From assembly GCA_038087875.1 (NCBI GenBank), contig JAXLNO010000393.1, positions 1-37,180 on the forward strand: 37,180 bases of DNA, read 5' to 3'. This stretch comes from Malacoraja senta. Taxonomy: Eukaryota. This document shows, in pieces, positions 1 to 11,220 of the stretch. A program made the translations under genes and the position numbers. The first letter of the stretch is position 1. Each line of letters starts with the position of its first letter. A model generated the notes under the pieces. It was not told the DNA's origin. It did not search any database and saw only the letters and a list, made by a program, of their open reading frames with translations.

Positions 1-450
1 CAGGGTGCCCCCACCCATCACTCTCTCCCCCCACCCCAGGGTGCCCCCAACCCATCACTCTCTCCAACCCCCACCCCAGGGTGCCCCCTCCTCCAACCAC
101 ACCCAAGGGTGCCCCCACCCACCACTCTCTCCAACCCCCACCCCAGGGTGCCCCCACCCACCACTCTCTCCAACCCCCACCCCAGGGTGCCCCATCTCCA
201 ACCCCACCCACCACTCTCCACCCACGGTGCCCCTCCTCCAACCCCACCCACCACTCTCCACCACCCACCCCAGGGTGCCCCATCTCCCCCAACACCACCC
301 AAGGATACCCCCACCCATCACTCTCTCCCCCCCACCCCAGGGTGCCCCCACCATCACTCTCTCCACCCCCACCCAGGGTGCCCCTCCTCTAACCCCACCC
401 AAGGGTGCCCCATCATCTCCCCACCCATGCGTGCCCCCATCCACCCCTCC
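1..450. repeat. C-rich minisatellite (CCCACCCCAGGGTGCCCC core); reverse complement of the array at 841-3668
   Basis: Recurring CACCCCAGGGTGCCCC / CACCCAAGGGTGCCCC cores; their complements dominate 841-3668. Confidence 0.9.
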
Positions 451-840
451 TCCCCCATTGACTCCGATTGGCCCCAGAGCAGCGACGTCCCGCCCCCTCT
501 GTCCACTCATTGGAGGAGAGAGACGTCGGTCAGTAGCTAGTCCCGCCCTCTCCTCCCCTATTGACTGTGATTGGTCCCAGAACAGCAACGTCCCGCCCCC
601 CTGCGCCCCTTGATTGGAGGAGAGAGATGTCGGTCAGGAGCGAGTCCCGCCTCCCATTGACTCCTATTGGTCCCAGAGCGGCGACGTCCCGCCCCCTCTC
701 TCTCCTGCCCCAATCAGAGTCAATGGGAGGAGGAGGAGGGGGCGGGACTCGCTCCTGACCGACAGGGGGATCCACCAATGGGGTTGGACAGAGGGGGCGG
801 GACGGCTCCGCTCTGGGACCAATCAGAGTCAATGGGGGAG
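451..840. repeat. Inverted-repeat hub with multiple CCAAT and GC-box motifs
   Basis: Units like CCATTGACTCCGATTGGCCCCAGAGCAGCGACGTCCCGCCCC at about 455, 557 and 653, with inverted units at about 710 and 790-835. There is a perfect 24-bp inverted pair at 628-651 / 741-764. Confidence 0.8.
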
Positions 841-3668
841 GAGGGGATGATGGGGCACCCTAGGGTGGGGGGTGGAGGGGTGAATGGGGGCACACGTGGG
901 TGGGGGAGGATGGGGCACCCTTGGGTGGGGGGTGAATGGGGCACACGTGGGTGGGGAGGATGGAGCACCCTGGGGTGGGGGTGGGGGGTGAATGGGGGCA
1001 CACGTGGGTGGGGGAGATGATGGGGCACCCTTGGGTGGGGGGGTGGGGGGTGAATGGGGGCACACGTGGGTGGGGGAGGATGGGGCACCCTTGGGTGGGG
1101 GGTGAATGGGGGCACACGTGGGTGGGGAGGATGGAGCACCCTGGGGTGGGGGGTGGAGGGGTGAATGGGGGCACACGTGGGTGGGGGAGGATGGGGCACC
1201 CTTGGGTGGGGGGTGAATGGGGGCACACGTGGGTGGGGAGGATGGAGCACCCTGGGGTGGGGGGTGGGGGGTGAATGGGGGCACACGTGGGTGGGGGAGA
1301 TGATGGGGCACCCTTGGGTGGGGGGTGGGGGGGTGAATGGGGGCACACGTGGGTGGGGGAGGATGGGGCACCCTTGGGTGGGGGATGGGGGGGTGAATGG
1401 GGGCACACGTGGGTGGGGGAGGATGGGACACCCTTGGGTGGGGGGTCGAGGGGTGAATGGGGGCACACATGGGTGGGGGAGGATGGGGCACCCTGGGGTG
1501 GGGGGTGGAGGGGTGAATGGGGGCACACGTGGGTGGGGGATGATGGGGCACCCTGGGGTGGGGGGTGGAGGGGTGAATGGGAGCACACGTGGGTGGGGGA
1601 GGATGGGGCACCCTGGGGTGGGGGGTGGGGGGGTGAATGGGGGCACACGTGGGTGGGGGGAGATGATGGGGCACCCTGGGGTGGGGGGTGGAGGGGTGAA
1701 TGGGGGCACACGTGGGTGGGGGAGATGATGGGGCACCCTGGGGTGGGGGTGGGGGGGTGAATGGGGGCACACGTGGGTGGGGGAGATGATGGGGCACCCT
1801 GGGGTGGGGGTGGGGGGTGAATGGGGGCACACGTGGGTGGGGGAGGATGGGCCACCCTTGGGTGGGGGGTGAATGGGGGCACTCGTGGGTGGGGGAGATG
1901 GTGGGGCACCCTGGGGTGGGGTGGGGGTGAATGGGGGCACACATGGGTGGGGGAGGATGGGGCACCCTGGGGTGGGGGGAGAGTGATGAATGGGGACACC
2001 CTTGGGTGCAGTGAGGGTTTGAGAGCAGGAGGAGGATGAAGTGGGGGCGGTAGAGGAGAAGAGGGGCACCCTTGGGTGGGGAGGAGGAGGGGAGGGAGAG
2101 AGGGAGATGGAGGAGAGGTGAGGCACCCTTGGGTGGGTGATGGGAGAGAGGGGAGGGGCACCCATGGGTGGGACGTTGCTGCTCTGGGACCAATCAGAGT
2201 CAGTAGGGGAGGAGGGGGCGGGACTCGCTCCACTGACCGACAGGCGGATCCACCAATGGGGGGAGAGAAGGAGAGGGGGAGGAGCAACAGCAGCACCCAT
2301 GGGTGGGGGAGAATGGGACACCCTTGGCTGGGGGATGGATTGATGGGTGGGGGCACACATGGTGGTGGGATGGGGCACCCTGGGGTGGGGTGGAGTGATG
2401 GGTGGGGGCACATATGGGTGGAGGAGATGGGGCACCCTTGGGTGGGGGCTGGAGAGTGGTGAATGGGGGCACACTTGGGTGGGGGTGGAGGAGGGGCACT
2501 CTTGGTGGGGGAGAGAGTGATGGGTGGGGGCACCCATGGGTGTGGGGGATGGGGCACCCTTGGGTGGGGGAGGATGGGGCACCCTGGGGTGGGGGGGAGA
2601 GTGATGAATGTGGGCACCCTTAGGTGCGGTGAGGGTTTGTGAGCAGAACGATGAAGTGGGGGCGGTAGAGGAGAAGAGGGGCACCCTTGGGTGGGGGAGT
2701 GATGGGGGCGGCACCCATGGGTGGGGAGGGATGGATGGAGGAGAGAAGGGGCACCCTTGGGTGGGGGAGTTGAGTCATGGGGAATAGGGAGGGCAGTAGA
2801 AGATAGGTGAGGCACCCTTGGGTGGGGGAGGGGAGAGTGGGTAGAGAGATGGAGGGGGCTGGGCAGGGTGGGGCACCCTTGGGTGGGGGAGGAGGAGGGG
2901 GAGATGGAGGAGAGAAGGGGCACCCTTGGGTGATTGGGGGTTGAGTGATGGGGGAGGAGAGGGGAAGCAAGGGGTGGGGTGGGACACCCATGGGTGGGGG
3001 GAGGTGGTGAATGGGCGAGGGTGTGGGAGAGGAAGAGGGGAGAGCGAGAGGAGGAGGGGGTGAGGGGCACCCATGGGTGGCATGAGGAGAGGAGGGGTGC
3101 GGGGATAGGAAGAGGGAGGGGGGAGGGGAGGGGGGCACCCATGGGTGAGTGTGAGTGGGATGAATGGGAGGAGAGATGGAGGGAGAGGGGATAGGGGAGA
3201 GGTAGGGCACCCTTGGGTGGGGTGGGAGAAGAAGAGGGGACAGGGAGCAGAAAACAGGGAGAGGAGGAGATGGAGAGGGGCACCCATGGGTGGGTGGATG
3301 GGTGGGAGGAGGAGAGGGAGGTAGAGGGATGGAGGAGAGAAGGGGCACCCTTGGGTGGGGGTGAAGAGGATGGCACCCATGGGTGGGAAGGAGGAAGGGG
3401 AGGGATGGAGGAGAGAAGGGGCACCCTTGGGTGGGTAGGGTTGTGTGATGGGGGAGGGAGAGGGGTGTAGGAGGGGGTGAGGCACCCTTGGGTGGGTGAT
3501 GGGAGAGAGGGGAGGGGCACCCAAGGGTGCTGCTGCCTCCCTTCTCCGCCAACACTTTGATGAGTGGAGGTGGAGAGGGGAGGCAAGGGGAGTAGAGGGG
3601 CACCCTTGGGTGGGGTGGAAGAGGGGATATGGAGGTATATAGGAGGGGGAGTGGGGCACCCTTGGGTG
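841..3668. repeat. G-rich ~60-bp minisatellite, degenerating after about 1980
   Basis: Unit GGGGGTGGAGGGGTGAATGGGGGCACACGTGGGTGGGGGAGGATGGGGCACCCTGGGGTG is in 60-bp register over about 1261-1660. The GGCACCC(TT/AT/TG)GGGTG core persists to about 3668. Confidence 0.92.
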
Positions 3669-3695
3669 TGGAAACAGGCCCCTTCGGCCCATCCA

Positions 3696-5600
3696 GACCA
3701 ACATGCCCCATCTACACTAGTCCCAACATGCCCCATCTACACTAGTCCCACCCCGACCAACATGCCCCATCTACACTAGTCCCACCCCGACCAACATGCC
3801 CCATCTACACTAGTCCCACCCCCAACATGCCCCATCTACACTAGTCCCACCCCGACCAACATGCCCCATCTACACTAGTCCCACCCCGACCAACATGCCC
3901 CATCTACACTAGTCCCACCCCGACCAACATGCCCCATCTACACTAGTCCCACACCGACCAACATGCCCCATCTACACTAGTCCCACCCCGACCAACATGC
4001 CCCATCTACACTAGTCCCACCCCGACCAACATGCCCATCTACACTAGTCCCACCCCGACCAACATGCCCCATCTACACTAGTCCCACCCCGACCAACATG
4101 CCCCATCTACACTAGTCCCACCCCGACCAACATGCCCCATCTACACTAGTCCCACCCCGACCAACATGCCCCATCTACACTAGTCCCACCCCGACCAACA
4201 TGCCCCATCTACACTAGTCCCACCCCGACCAACATGCCCCATCTACACTAGTCCCACCCCGACCAACATGCCCCATCTACACCAGTCCCACCCCGACCAA
4301 CATGCCCCATCTACACTAGTCCCACCCGACCAACATGCCCCATCTACACTAGTCCCACAGTGACCAACATGCCCCATCTACACCAGTCCCCACCCCGACC
4401 AACATGCCCCATCTACACTAGTCCCACCCCGACCAACATGCCCCATCTACACTAGTCCCACCCCGACCAACATGCCCCATCTACACTAGTCCCACAGTGA
4501 CCAACATGCCCCATCTACACCAGTCCCACCCCGACCAACATGCCCCATCTACACTAGTCCCACCCCGACCAACATGCCCCATCTACACTAGTCCCACCCC
4601 GACCAACATGCCCCATCTACACTAGTCCCACCCCGACCAACATGCCCCATCTACACTAGTCCCACCCCGACCAACATGCCCCATCTACACTCGTCCCACC
4701 CCGACCAACATGCCCCATCTACACTAGTCCCACCCCGACCAACATGCCCCATCTACACTAGTCCCACCCCGACCAACATGCCCCATCTACACTAGTCCCA
4801 CCCCGACCAACATGCCCCATCTACACTAGTCCCACAGTGACCAACATGCCCCATCTACACTAGTCCCAACATGCCCCATCTACACTAGTCCCACCCCGAC
4901 CAACATGCCCCTCTACACTAGTCCCACCCCGACCAACCTGCCCATCTACACTAGTCCCAACATGCCCCATCTACACTAGTCCCAACATGCCCCATCTACA
5001 CTAGTCCCACCCCGACCAACATGCCCCATCTACACTAGTCCCACCCCGACCAACATGCCCCATCTACACTAGTCCCAACATGCCCCATCTACACTAGTCC
5101 CAACATGCCCCATCTACACTAGTCCCACCCGACCAACATGCCCCATCTACACTAGTCCCAACATGCCCCATCTACACTAGTCCCACCCCCGACCAACATG
5201 CCCCATCTACACTAGTCCCAACATGCCCCATCTACACTAGTCCCAACATGCCCCATCTACACTAGTCCACCCCGACCAACATGCCCCATCTACACTAGTC
5301 CCACCCCGACCAACATGCCCCATCTACACTAGTCCCAACATGCCCCATCTACACTAGTCCCACAGTGACCAACATGCCCCATCTACACTAGTCCCACCCC
5401 GACCAACATGCCCCATCTACACTAGTCCCACCCCGACCAACATGCCCCATCTACACTAGTCCCACCCCGACCAACATGCCCCATCTACACTAGTCCCACC
5501 CCGACCAACATGCCCCATCTACACTAGTCCCACCCCGACCAACATGCCCCATCTACACTAGTCCCACCCCGACCAACATGGCCCCATCTACACCAGTCCC
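3696..5600 (+). repeat. 34-bp minisatellite (with 26-bp variants), array 1
   Basis: Tandem CCCCGACCAACATGCCCCATCTACACTAGTCCCA (for example GACCAAC at 3755 and 3789). Confidence 0.97.
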
Positions 5601-6180
5601 ACCTGCTGCCCGCGTTTGACCCACATCCCTCCAAACCTGTCCTATCCATGTACCTGTCCAAGTGTCTCTTAAACGTTGCCTCAACTACCTCCTCCGGCAG
5701 CTCGTTCCATACACCCACCACCCTCGAAAAGTGTGGAAAAGTTGCCCCTCAGGTTCCTATTGCATTTTTCCCGCCCCCGCGTCTCTCTCACCTTAAACCC
5801 GTGTCCTCTGGTCCTCGATTCCCCTACTCTGGGCAAGAGACTCTGTGCGTCTGTCTACCCGATCTATTCCCCTGGTGATTTTGTACATCTCTATAAGATC
5901 GCCCGCCCCTCATCCTCCTGCGCTCCAAGGAATAGAGTCCCAGCCCTGCCCCCAAACCCAACCTCTCCCTGTAGCTCAGGCCCCTCGAGTCCCGGAAACA
6001 TCCTCGTGGATCTTCTCCGAACCCTTCCATGCTCGACGACATCTTTCCTGTAACACGGTGAATAAAAACTGAACGCAATACTCCAAACGTGGCCTCACCA
6101 ACGTCTTGTACAACTGGAACGTGACCTCCAGACTCAACGCCCTTGACCGATGGAGGCCAACGAGCATTCTTGACCACCAC
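5601..6180 (-). mobile_element. Degenerate CR1-type LINE, 3' part of ORF2
   Basis: Minus-strand peptides LYKTLVRPRLEYCVQF, GLSYRERL, LGLYSLERRRMRG and VWNELPEEVVEA..FKRHLDRYM, with frameshifts. Confidence 0.85.
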
Positions 6181-6369
6181 GTCCATCTTTGTCACCGGAC
6201 TCTTGGATAGTTTGGGCGGGGACCCGGAGAGAGAGAGAGAGGGGGGAAGTGAACATCTATTTCGAGATGTGGTTTTTGCAATATTATCCAATATTACTCA
6301 ATCATCTGACCTCAAAATTAACGGCCCACAAGGATCTCGTAGTGGAGGAAGGGAGAGTTTCAATAAACA

Positions 6370-6510
6370 GCAGACAATAGGTGCAGGGGGAGGCCATTCG
6401 GCCCTTCCAGCCAGCACCGCCATTCAATGTGATCATGGCTGATCATCCCCAATCAGTACCCCGTTCCTGCCTTCTCCCCATATCCCTTGACTCCCTTAGC
6501 TCAAATTCTC
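6370..6510 (-). mobile_element. CR1-type LINE 3' tail fragment
   Basis: CAATAGGTGCAGG..GGCCATTC..CATTCAATGTGATCATGGCTGATC is the same tail that adjoins RT-coding sequence at 30262 and 33715. Confidence 0.75.
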
Positions 6511-6516
6511 TCTTGA

Positions 6517-7232
6517 GGAGGTCCTTCTGCAGTTGTACAGGGCCCTGGTGAGACCACACCTGGAGTATTGTGTACAGTTTTGGCCCTGTTGGCCTTCACA
6601 ACAAGAGGAGTTGAGTACAGGAGCAAAGAGGTCCTTCTGCAGTTGTACAGGGCCCTGGTGAGACCACACCTGGAGTATTGTGTACAGTTTTGGCCCTGTT
6701 GGCCTTCACAACAAGAGGAGTTGAGTACAGGAGCAAAGAGGTCCTTCTGCAGTTGTACAGGGCCCTGGTGAGACCACACCTGGAGTATTGTGTACAGTTT
6801 TGGTCCCCTAATTTGAGGAAGGACATCCTTGCTATTGAGGGAGCCCAGCGTAGGTTCACCAGGTTAATTCCCGGGATGGCGGGACTGTCATACGCTGAGA
6901 GAATGGAGCGGCTGGGCTTGTACACTCTGTGGAGTTTAGAAGGATGAGAGGGGATCTCATTGAAACATATATGAGATTATTAAGGGTTTGGACACGCTAG
7001 AGGCAGGAAACATGTTCCCCATGTTGGGGGAGTCCAGAACCAGGGGCCACACACACACACACAGTTTAAGAATAAGGGTCGGCCATTTGGGACTGAGATG
7101 AGGAGAAACTTTTCCACCCAGAGAGTTGTGAATCTGTGGCCATTTGGGGACTGAGACGAGGAGAACTTTTCCACCCAGAGAGTTGTGAGTCTGTGGCCAT
7201 TTGGGACTGAGACGAGCAGAAACTTTTCCACC
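6517..7232 (+). mobile_element. CR1-type LINE RT fragment with internal tandem duplications
   Basis: [48 protein letters not shown] 110-bp segment is repeated three times (6517-6800) and a ~58-bp segment about three times (7080-7232). Confidence 0.9.
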
Positions 7233-7319
7233 TATCTCTCTATCTCTCCCTCCGAACCCCATTCTCCCGCCTTCACCCCCATAACCCCTGACACCCGCCA
7301 CTAATCAACAATCTATCTG

Positions 7320-7455
7320 TGTCGGAAGGAACTGCAGGTGCCGGTTTGAATCGAAGGAAGACACAAAGTGCTGGAGTAACTCAGCGGGACGGGGCAGCGG
7401 CGTCTCTGGAGAGAAGGAACGGGCGACGTTTCGGGTCGAGACCAATCTTCGGACC
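7320..7455 (-). mobile_element. Penelope-like terminal repeat fragment
   Basis: GCTGGAGTAACTCAGCGGG...GACGTTTCGGGTCGAGACC is the reverse complement of the tail following the GIY-YIG fragment at 29610-29775. Confidence 0.65.
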
Positions 7456-7574
7456 GATGTTTTGGGAGAGAGAGAGAGAAGGGGAAGAGAGTTGGGAAAT
7501 ATCTTTCTTCGAAGTCCGACATTACATAACATTCCTTCTTCTGAAAACCCGTTCGTACACACACACTGGTCTAG

Positions 7575-7870
7575 TTCGGAGATACAGCGCGGAAACAGGC
7601 CCTTCGACCCCTCCGAGTCCGTACTAGCCCGACCAGCGACCGCCCGTACACACACACACTAGTTTAGTTCGGAAACAGGAGGCGAATGTCGGCCATTTTG
7701 AAACAGGCCCCAACCTCTCGCCCTCCTCTCCCTGCTTCACCTGTTCCCTTCTTACTTCAGAGAAAACAGCGCGGAAACAGGCCCTTCCTTCCCCACCGGG
7801 TCCGTACTAGCCCGACCAGCGATCCCCGCACACACTAACACTATCCCCACGCACACACACACACACACCG
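7575..7870 (-). mobile_element. Duplicated SINE/LINE 3'-tail fragments
   Basis: ACAGCGCGGAAACAGGCCCTTC...GTCCGTACTAGCCCGACCAGCGA is present twice (about 7584 and about 7766). Confidence 0.55.
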
Positions 7871-8014
7871 GGGAGAACATGGATAGGTGACGTTTCACAG
7901 CTGCAAGAACGTGTAGCATCAATAAAGGGCTGTAGGTGTATCGCGAGTATATAGATATATATATCTATATACTAGACCAAGTGAGGACCCATTGGGTCTG
8001 GTCCCCCAACACGC

Positions 8015-8056
<42 letters not shown>

Positions 8057-8205
8057 GACAGAGAGAGAGAGACAGAGAGAGAGACAGAGAGAGAGAGAGA
8101 GACAGAGAGCGACAGAGAGAGAGAGAGAGACAGAGAGAGAGAGACAGAGAGAGACAGAAAGAGAGACAGAGAGAGAGACAGAGAGAGACAGAGAGAGAGA
8201 CAGAG
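8015..8205. repeat. (GA)n/(GACA) compound microsatellite
   Basis: Seen directly. Confidence 0.95.
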
Positions 8206-8249
8206 ATATGTGAGAAAGAACTGCAGATGCTGGTTTCAACTCAAAGATA

Positions 8250-8860
8250 GTGCTGGGGTAACTCAGCGGGTCAGGCAGCATCTGTGGGGAACGTCGATAG
8301 ATGATGTTGCAGAGAGTAACGCTGGGGTAACTCAGCGGGTCAGGCAGCATCTGTGGGGAACGTCGATAGATGACGTTGCAGGGAGTAACGCTGGAGTAAC
8401 TCAGCGGGTCAGGCAGCATCTGTGGGGAACGTCGATAGGTGACGTTGCAGAGAGTAACGCTGGAGTAACTCAGCGGGTCAGGCAGCATCTGTGGGGAACA
8501 TGGATAGATGACGTTGCAGAGAGTAACGCTGGGGTAACTCAGCGGGTCAGGCAGCATCTGTGGGGAACGTCGATAGATGACGTTGCAGAGAGTAACGCTG
8601 GGGTAACTCAGCGGGTCAGGCAGCATCTGTGGGGAACGTCGATAGATGACGTTGCAGAGAGTAACGCTGGGGTAACTCAGCGGGTCAGGCAGCATCTGTG
8701 GGGAACGTCGATAGATGACGTTGCAGAGAGTAACGCTGGAGTAACTCAGCGGGTCGGGCAGCATCTGTGGGGAACGTCGATAGATGACGTTGCAGAGAGT
8801 AACGCTGGAGTAACTCAGCGGGTCAGGCAGCATCTGTGGGGAACGTCGATAGGTGACGTG
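8250..8860. repeat. 69-bp tandem repeat, about 9 copies, derived from a Penelope-like terminal sequence
   Basis: GCTGG(G/A)GTAACTCAGCGGGTCAGGCAGCATCTGTGGGGAACGTCGATAGATGACGTTGCAGAGAGTAAC. Single-copy relatives lie at 7369-7430 and 10850-10920. Confidence 0.92.
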
Positions 8861-9039
8861 TGGACAGTCGCCCAGAAAAACTCCCCAAGTGGGACAGGCT
8901 GTTACGACAGAGACAGAGAGAGAGACAGAGAGAGAGACAGAGAGAGCCACCACATACATCCACAAAACACACTCCACCGTGTAATCCGGTCCAGTGCTTG
9001 AGTAAGGGAACGCAGATACTGATAACAGCCTGCGGTTCC

Positions 9040-10035
9040 GTGCAGCAGGCAGTGAAGAAAGCCAATGGCCATGTTGGCCTTCATAACGAGAGGAGTTGAG
9101 TCTAGGAGCAAAGAGGTCCTTCTGCAGTTGTACAGGGCCCTGGTGAGACCACACCTGGAGTATTGTGTACAGTTTTGGCCCTGTTGGCCTTCATAACAAG
9201 AGGAGTTGAGTCTAGCCTTCATAATGCAGGGTGACTTGGACAGGTTGGGGGAGCGGGCAGATGCGTGGGCAGATGAAGTTTAATGCGGATAAATGTGAGG
9301 TTGTCCACTTTGGTGGCAAAAACAGGAAGGCTGATTATTATCTAAATGGCGTCAAGTTGGGAAAAGGGGAAGTACAACGGGATCTGGGGTCCTTGTTCAT
9401 CAGTATATGAAAGTAAGCATGCAGTTACAGCAGGCAGTGAAGAAAGCCAATGGCCTGTTGGCCTTTATAACAAGAGGAGTTGAGTATTGGAGCAAAGAGG
9501 TCCTTCTGCAGTTGTACAGGGCCCTGGTGAGACCACACCTGGAGTATTGTGTACAGTTTTGGCCCTGTTGGGGTTATAACAAGAGGAGTTGAGTATAGGA
9601 GCAAAGAGGTCCTTCTACAGTTGTACAGGGCCCTGGTGAGACCACACCTGGAGTATTGTGTACAGTTTTGGTCCCCTAATTTGAGGAAGGACATCCTTGC
9701 TATTGAGGGAGCCCAGCGTAGGTTCACCAGGTTAATTCCCGGGATGGCGGGACTGTCATATGAGGAAAGATTGAAAAGACTAGGCTTGTATTCACTGGAG
9801 TTTAGAAGGATGAGGGGAGGGGGGTCTTATAGAAACATATAAAAGGACTGGACAAGCTAGATGCAGGAAACATGTTCCCAATGTTGGGCGAGTCCAGAAC
9901 CAGGGGCCACAGTCTTAGAATAAGGGGAGGCCATTTAAGACTGAGATGAGGAGAAACTTTTCCACCCAGAGAGTTGTGAATCTGTGGGATTCTCTGCCTC
10001 AGAGGGCGGTGGAGGCAGGTTCTCTGGATGCTTTA
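9040..10035 (+). mobile_element. Rearranged CR1-type LINE RT fragments
   Basis: [44 protein letters not shown].. and RNFSTQRVVNLWDSLPQRAVEAGSL, with internal duplications. Confidence 0.9.
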
Positions 10036-10067
10036 GAGATACAGTGTGGAGACCGTCTCTCTCTCTG

Positions 10068-10099
<32 letters not shown>

Positions 10100-10310
10100 T
10101 GTCTCTCTCTGTCTCTCTCTCTCTGTTTCTCCTCTCTCTCCCACATCTGCGAGCAATTAGCTGTGTTCCCGACTCTAAATCATCGTCTAATCCGGGAATA
10201 TATGTCGACTGTCTTTCCTCCTTTCCCGGTATAGGAGGGGGGTGAGAGAGGGGAGGGAGAACATCTCATGTTGTCCAAACTTTTAAAAAACTTATAGGCT
10301 AACTTTTAAA

Positions 10311-10830
10311 CTTAAACGTTGCCTCAACTACCTCCTCCGGCAGCTCGTTCCATACACCCACCACCCTCGAAAAGTGTGGAAAAGTTGCCCCTCAGGTTCC
10401 TATTCCATTTTTCCCGCCCCTGCGTCTCTCTCACCTTAAACCCGTGTCCTCTGGTCCTCGATTCCCCTACTCTGGGCAAGAGACTCTGCGCGTCTGTCTA
10501 CCCGATCTATTCCTCAACTCTGGGCAAGAGACTCTGTGCGTCTGTCTACCCGATCTATTCCCCTCAGGTTCCTATTCCATTTTCCCGCCCCTGCGTCTCT
10601 CACCTTAAACCCGTGTCCTCTGGTCCTCGATTCCCCTACTCTGGGCAAGAGACTCTGTGCGTCTGTCTACCCGATCTATTCCCCTGGTGATTTTGTACAC
10701 CTCTATAAGATCGCCCCTCATCCTCCTGCGCTCCAAGGAATAGAGTCCCAGCCGTGCCCCAACCCAACCTCTCCCTGTAGCTCAGGCCCCTCGAGTCCCG
10801 GAAACATCCTCGTCGATCTTCTCCTCCGCG
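10311..10830 (-). mobile_element. CR1-type LINE fragment, near-copy of 5667-6030 with internal duplication
   Basis: Shares CTTAAACGTTGCCTCAACTACCTCCTCCGGCAGCTCG... with 5668 and 12890. Confidence 0.85.
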
Positions 10831-10956
10831 AACCCTTCATGGACGCAGAGCGCTGGAGTAAGTCAGCGGGGCAGGCAGGGTCTCTGGAGGGAAGGAACGG
10901 CCGAGGTTTCGGGTCGGGACCCTGACTCAGACGGGAGGGGTTTACAAAGATCTCAC

Positions 10957-11012
10957 CTGAACATCTGACTAAGGGCATCGAAGAGGCAATTTAACACGGC
11001 GACCAGCATCAA
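10957..11012 (-). CDS. COPZ1: Coatomer subunit zeta-1, internal exon (equivalent to exon 5): [19 protein letters not shown]
   Basis: Flanked by ccacag| and |gtgaga; 56 bp. It matches the remembered human COPZ1 segment [19 protein letters not shown] and is in frame with the upstream exon across a 76-bp intron. Confidence 0.92.
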
Positions 11013-11088
11013 CTGTGGAGGGAAGGGACCCTGTTAGACACTTCGACAAAGCTCCCGTCCCCTCCCCTCCCCTCCCCTCTCCCCTCAC

Positions 11089-11180
11089 CTCATTCTCGTG
11101 CGAGCTGCCGATGACATAGAAATACAGATCGATGTTACTCTTGTAAACCACAGTTAAACCTTCCAGCAGCGCGATCTCAC
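11089..11180 (-). CDS. COPZ1: Coatomer subunit zeta-1, internal exon (equivalent to exon 4): (S)[30 protein letters not shown]
   Basis: Flanked by ccacag| and |gtgagg; 92 bp. It is near-identical to COPZ1 [30 protein letters not shown] and closer to COPZ1 than to COPZ2. Confidence 0.95.
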
Positions 11181-11220
11181 CTGTGGACAGTGTCACAGAG
11201 TCACGGAAACAGGCAACAAG

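Noticed and set aside
5..3736. Long Pro/His- or Gly/Trp-rich ORFs (up to 958 aa)
   Set aside because: Open in several frames because the G/C-skewed minisatellite lacks stops; no domain or splice evidence.
7490..7550. Possible COPZ1 exon 6 (minus-strand ttttcag followed by RNV)
   Set aside because: Hits a stop within a few codons and does not match KNVEKRALLENMEG.
7919..9154. 411-aa and 263-aa repeat proteins
   Set aside because: Translations of the 69-bp satellite, the GA microsatellite and LINE fragments.
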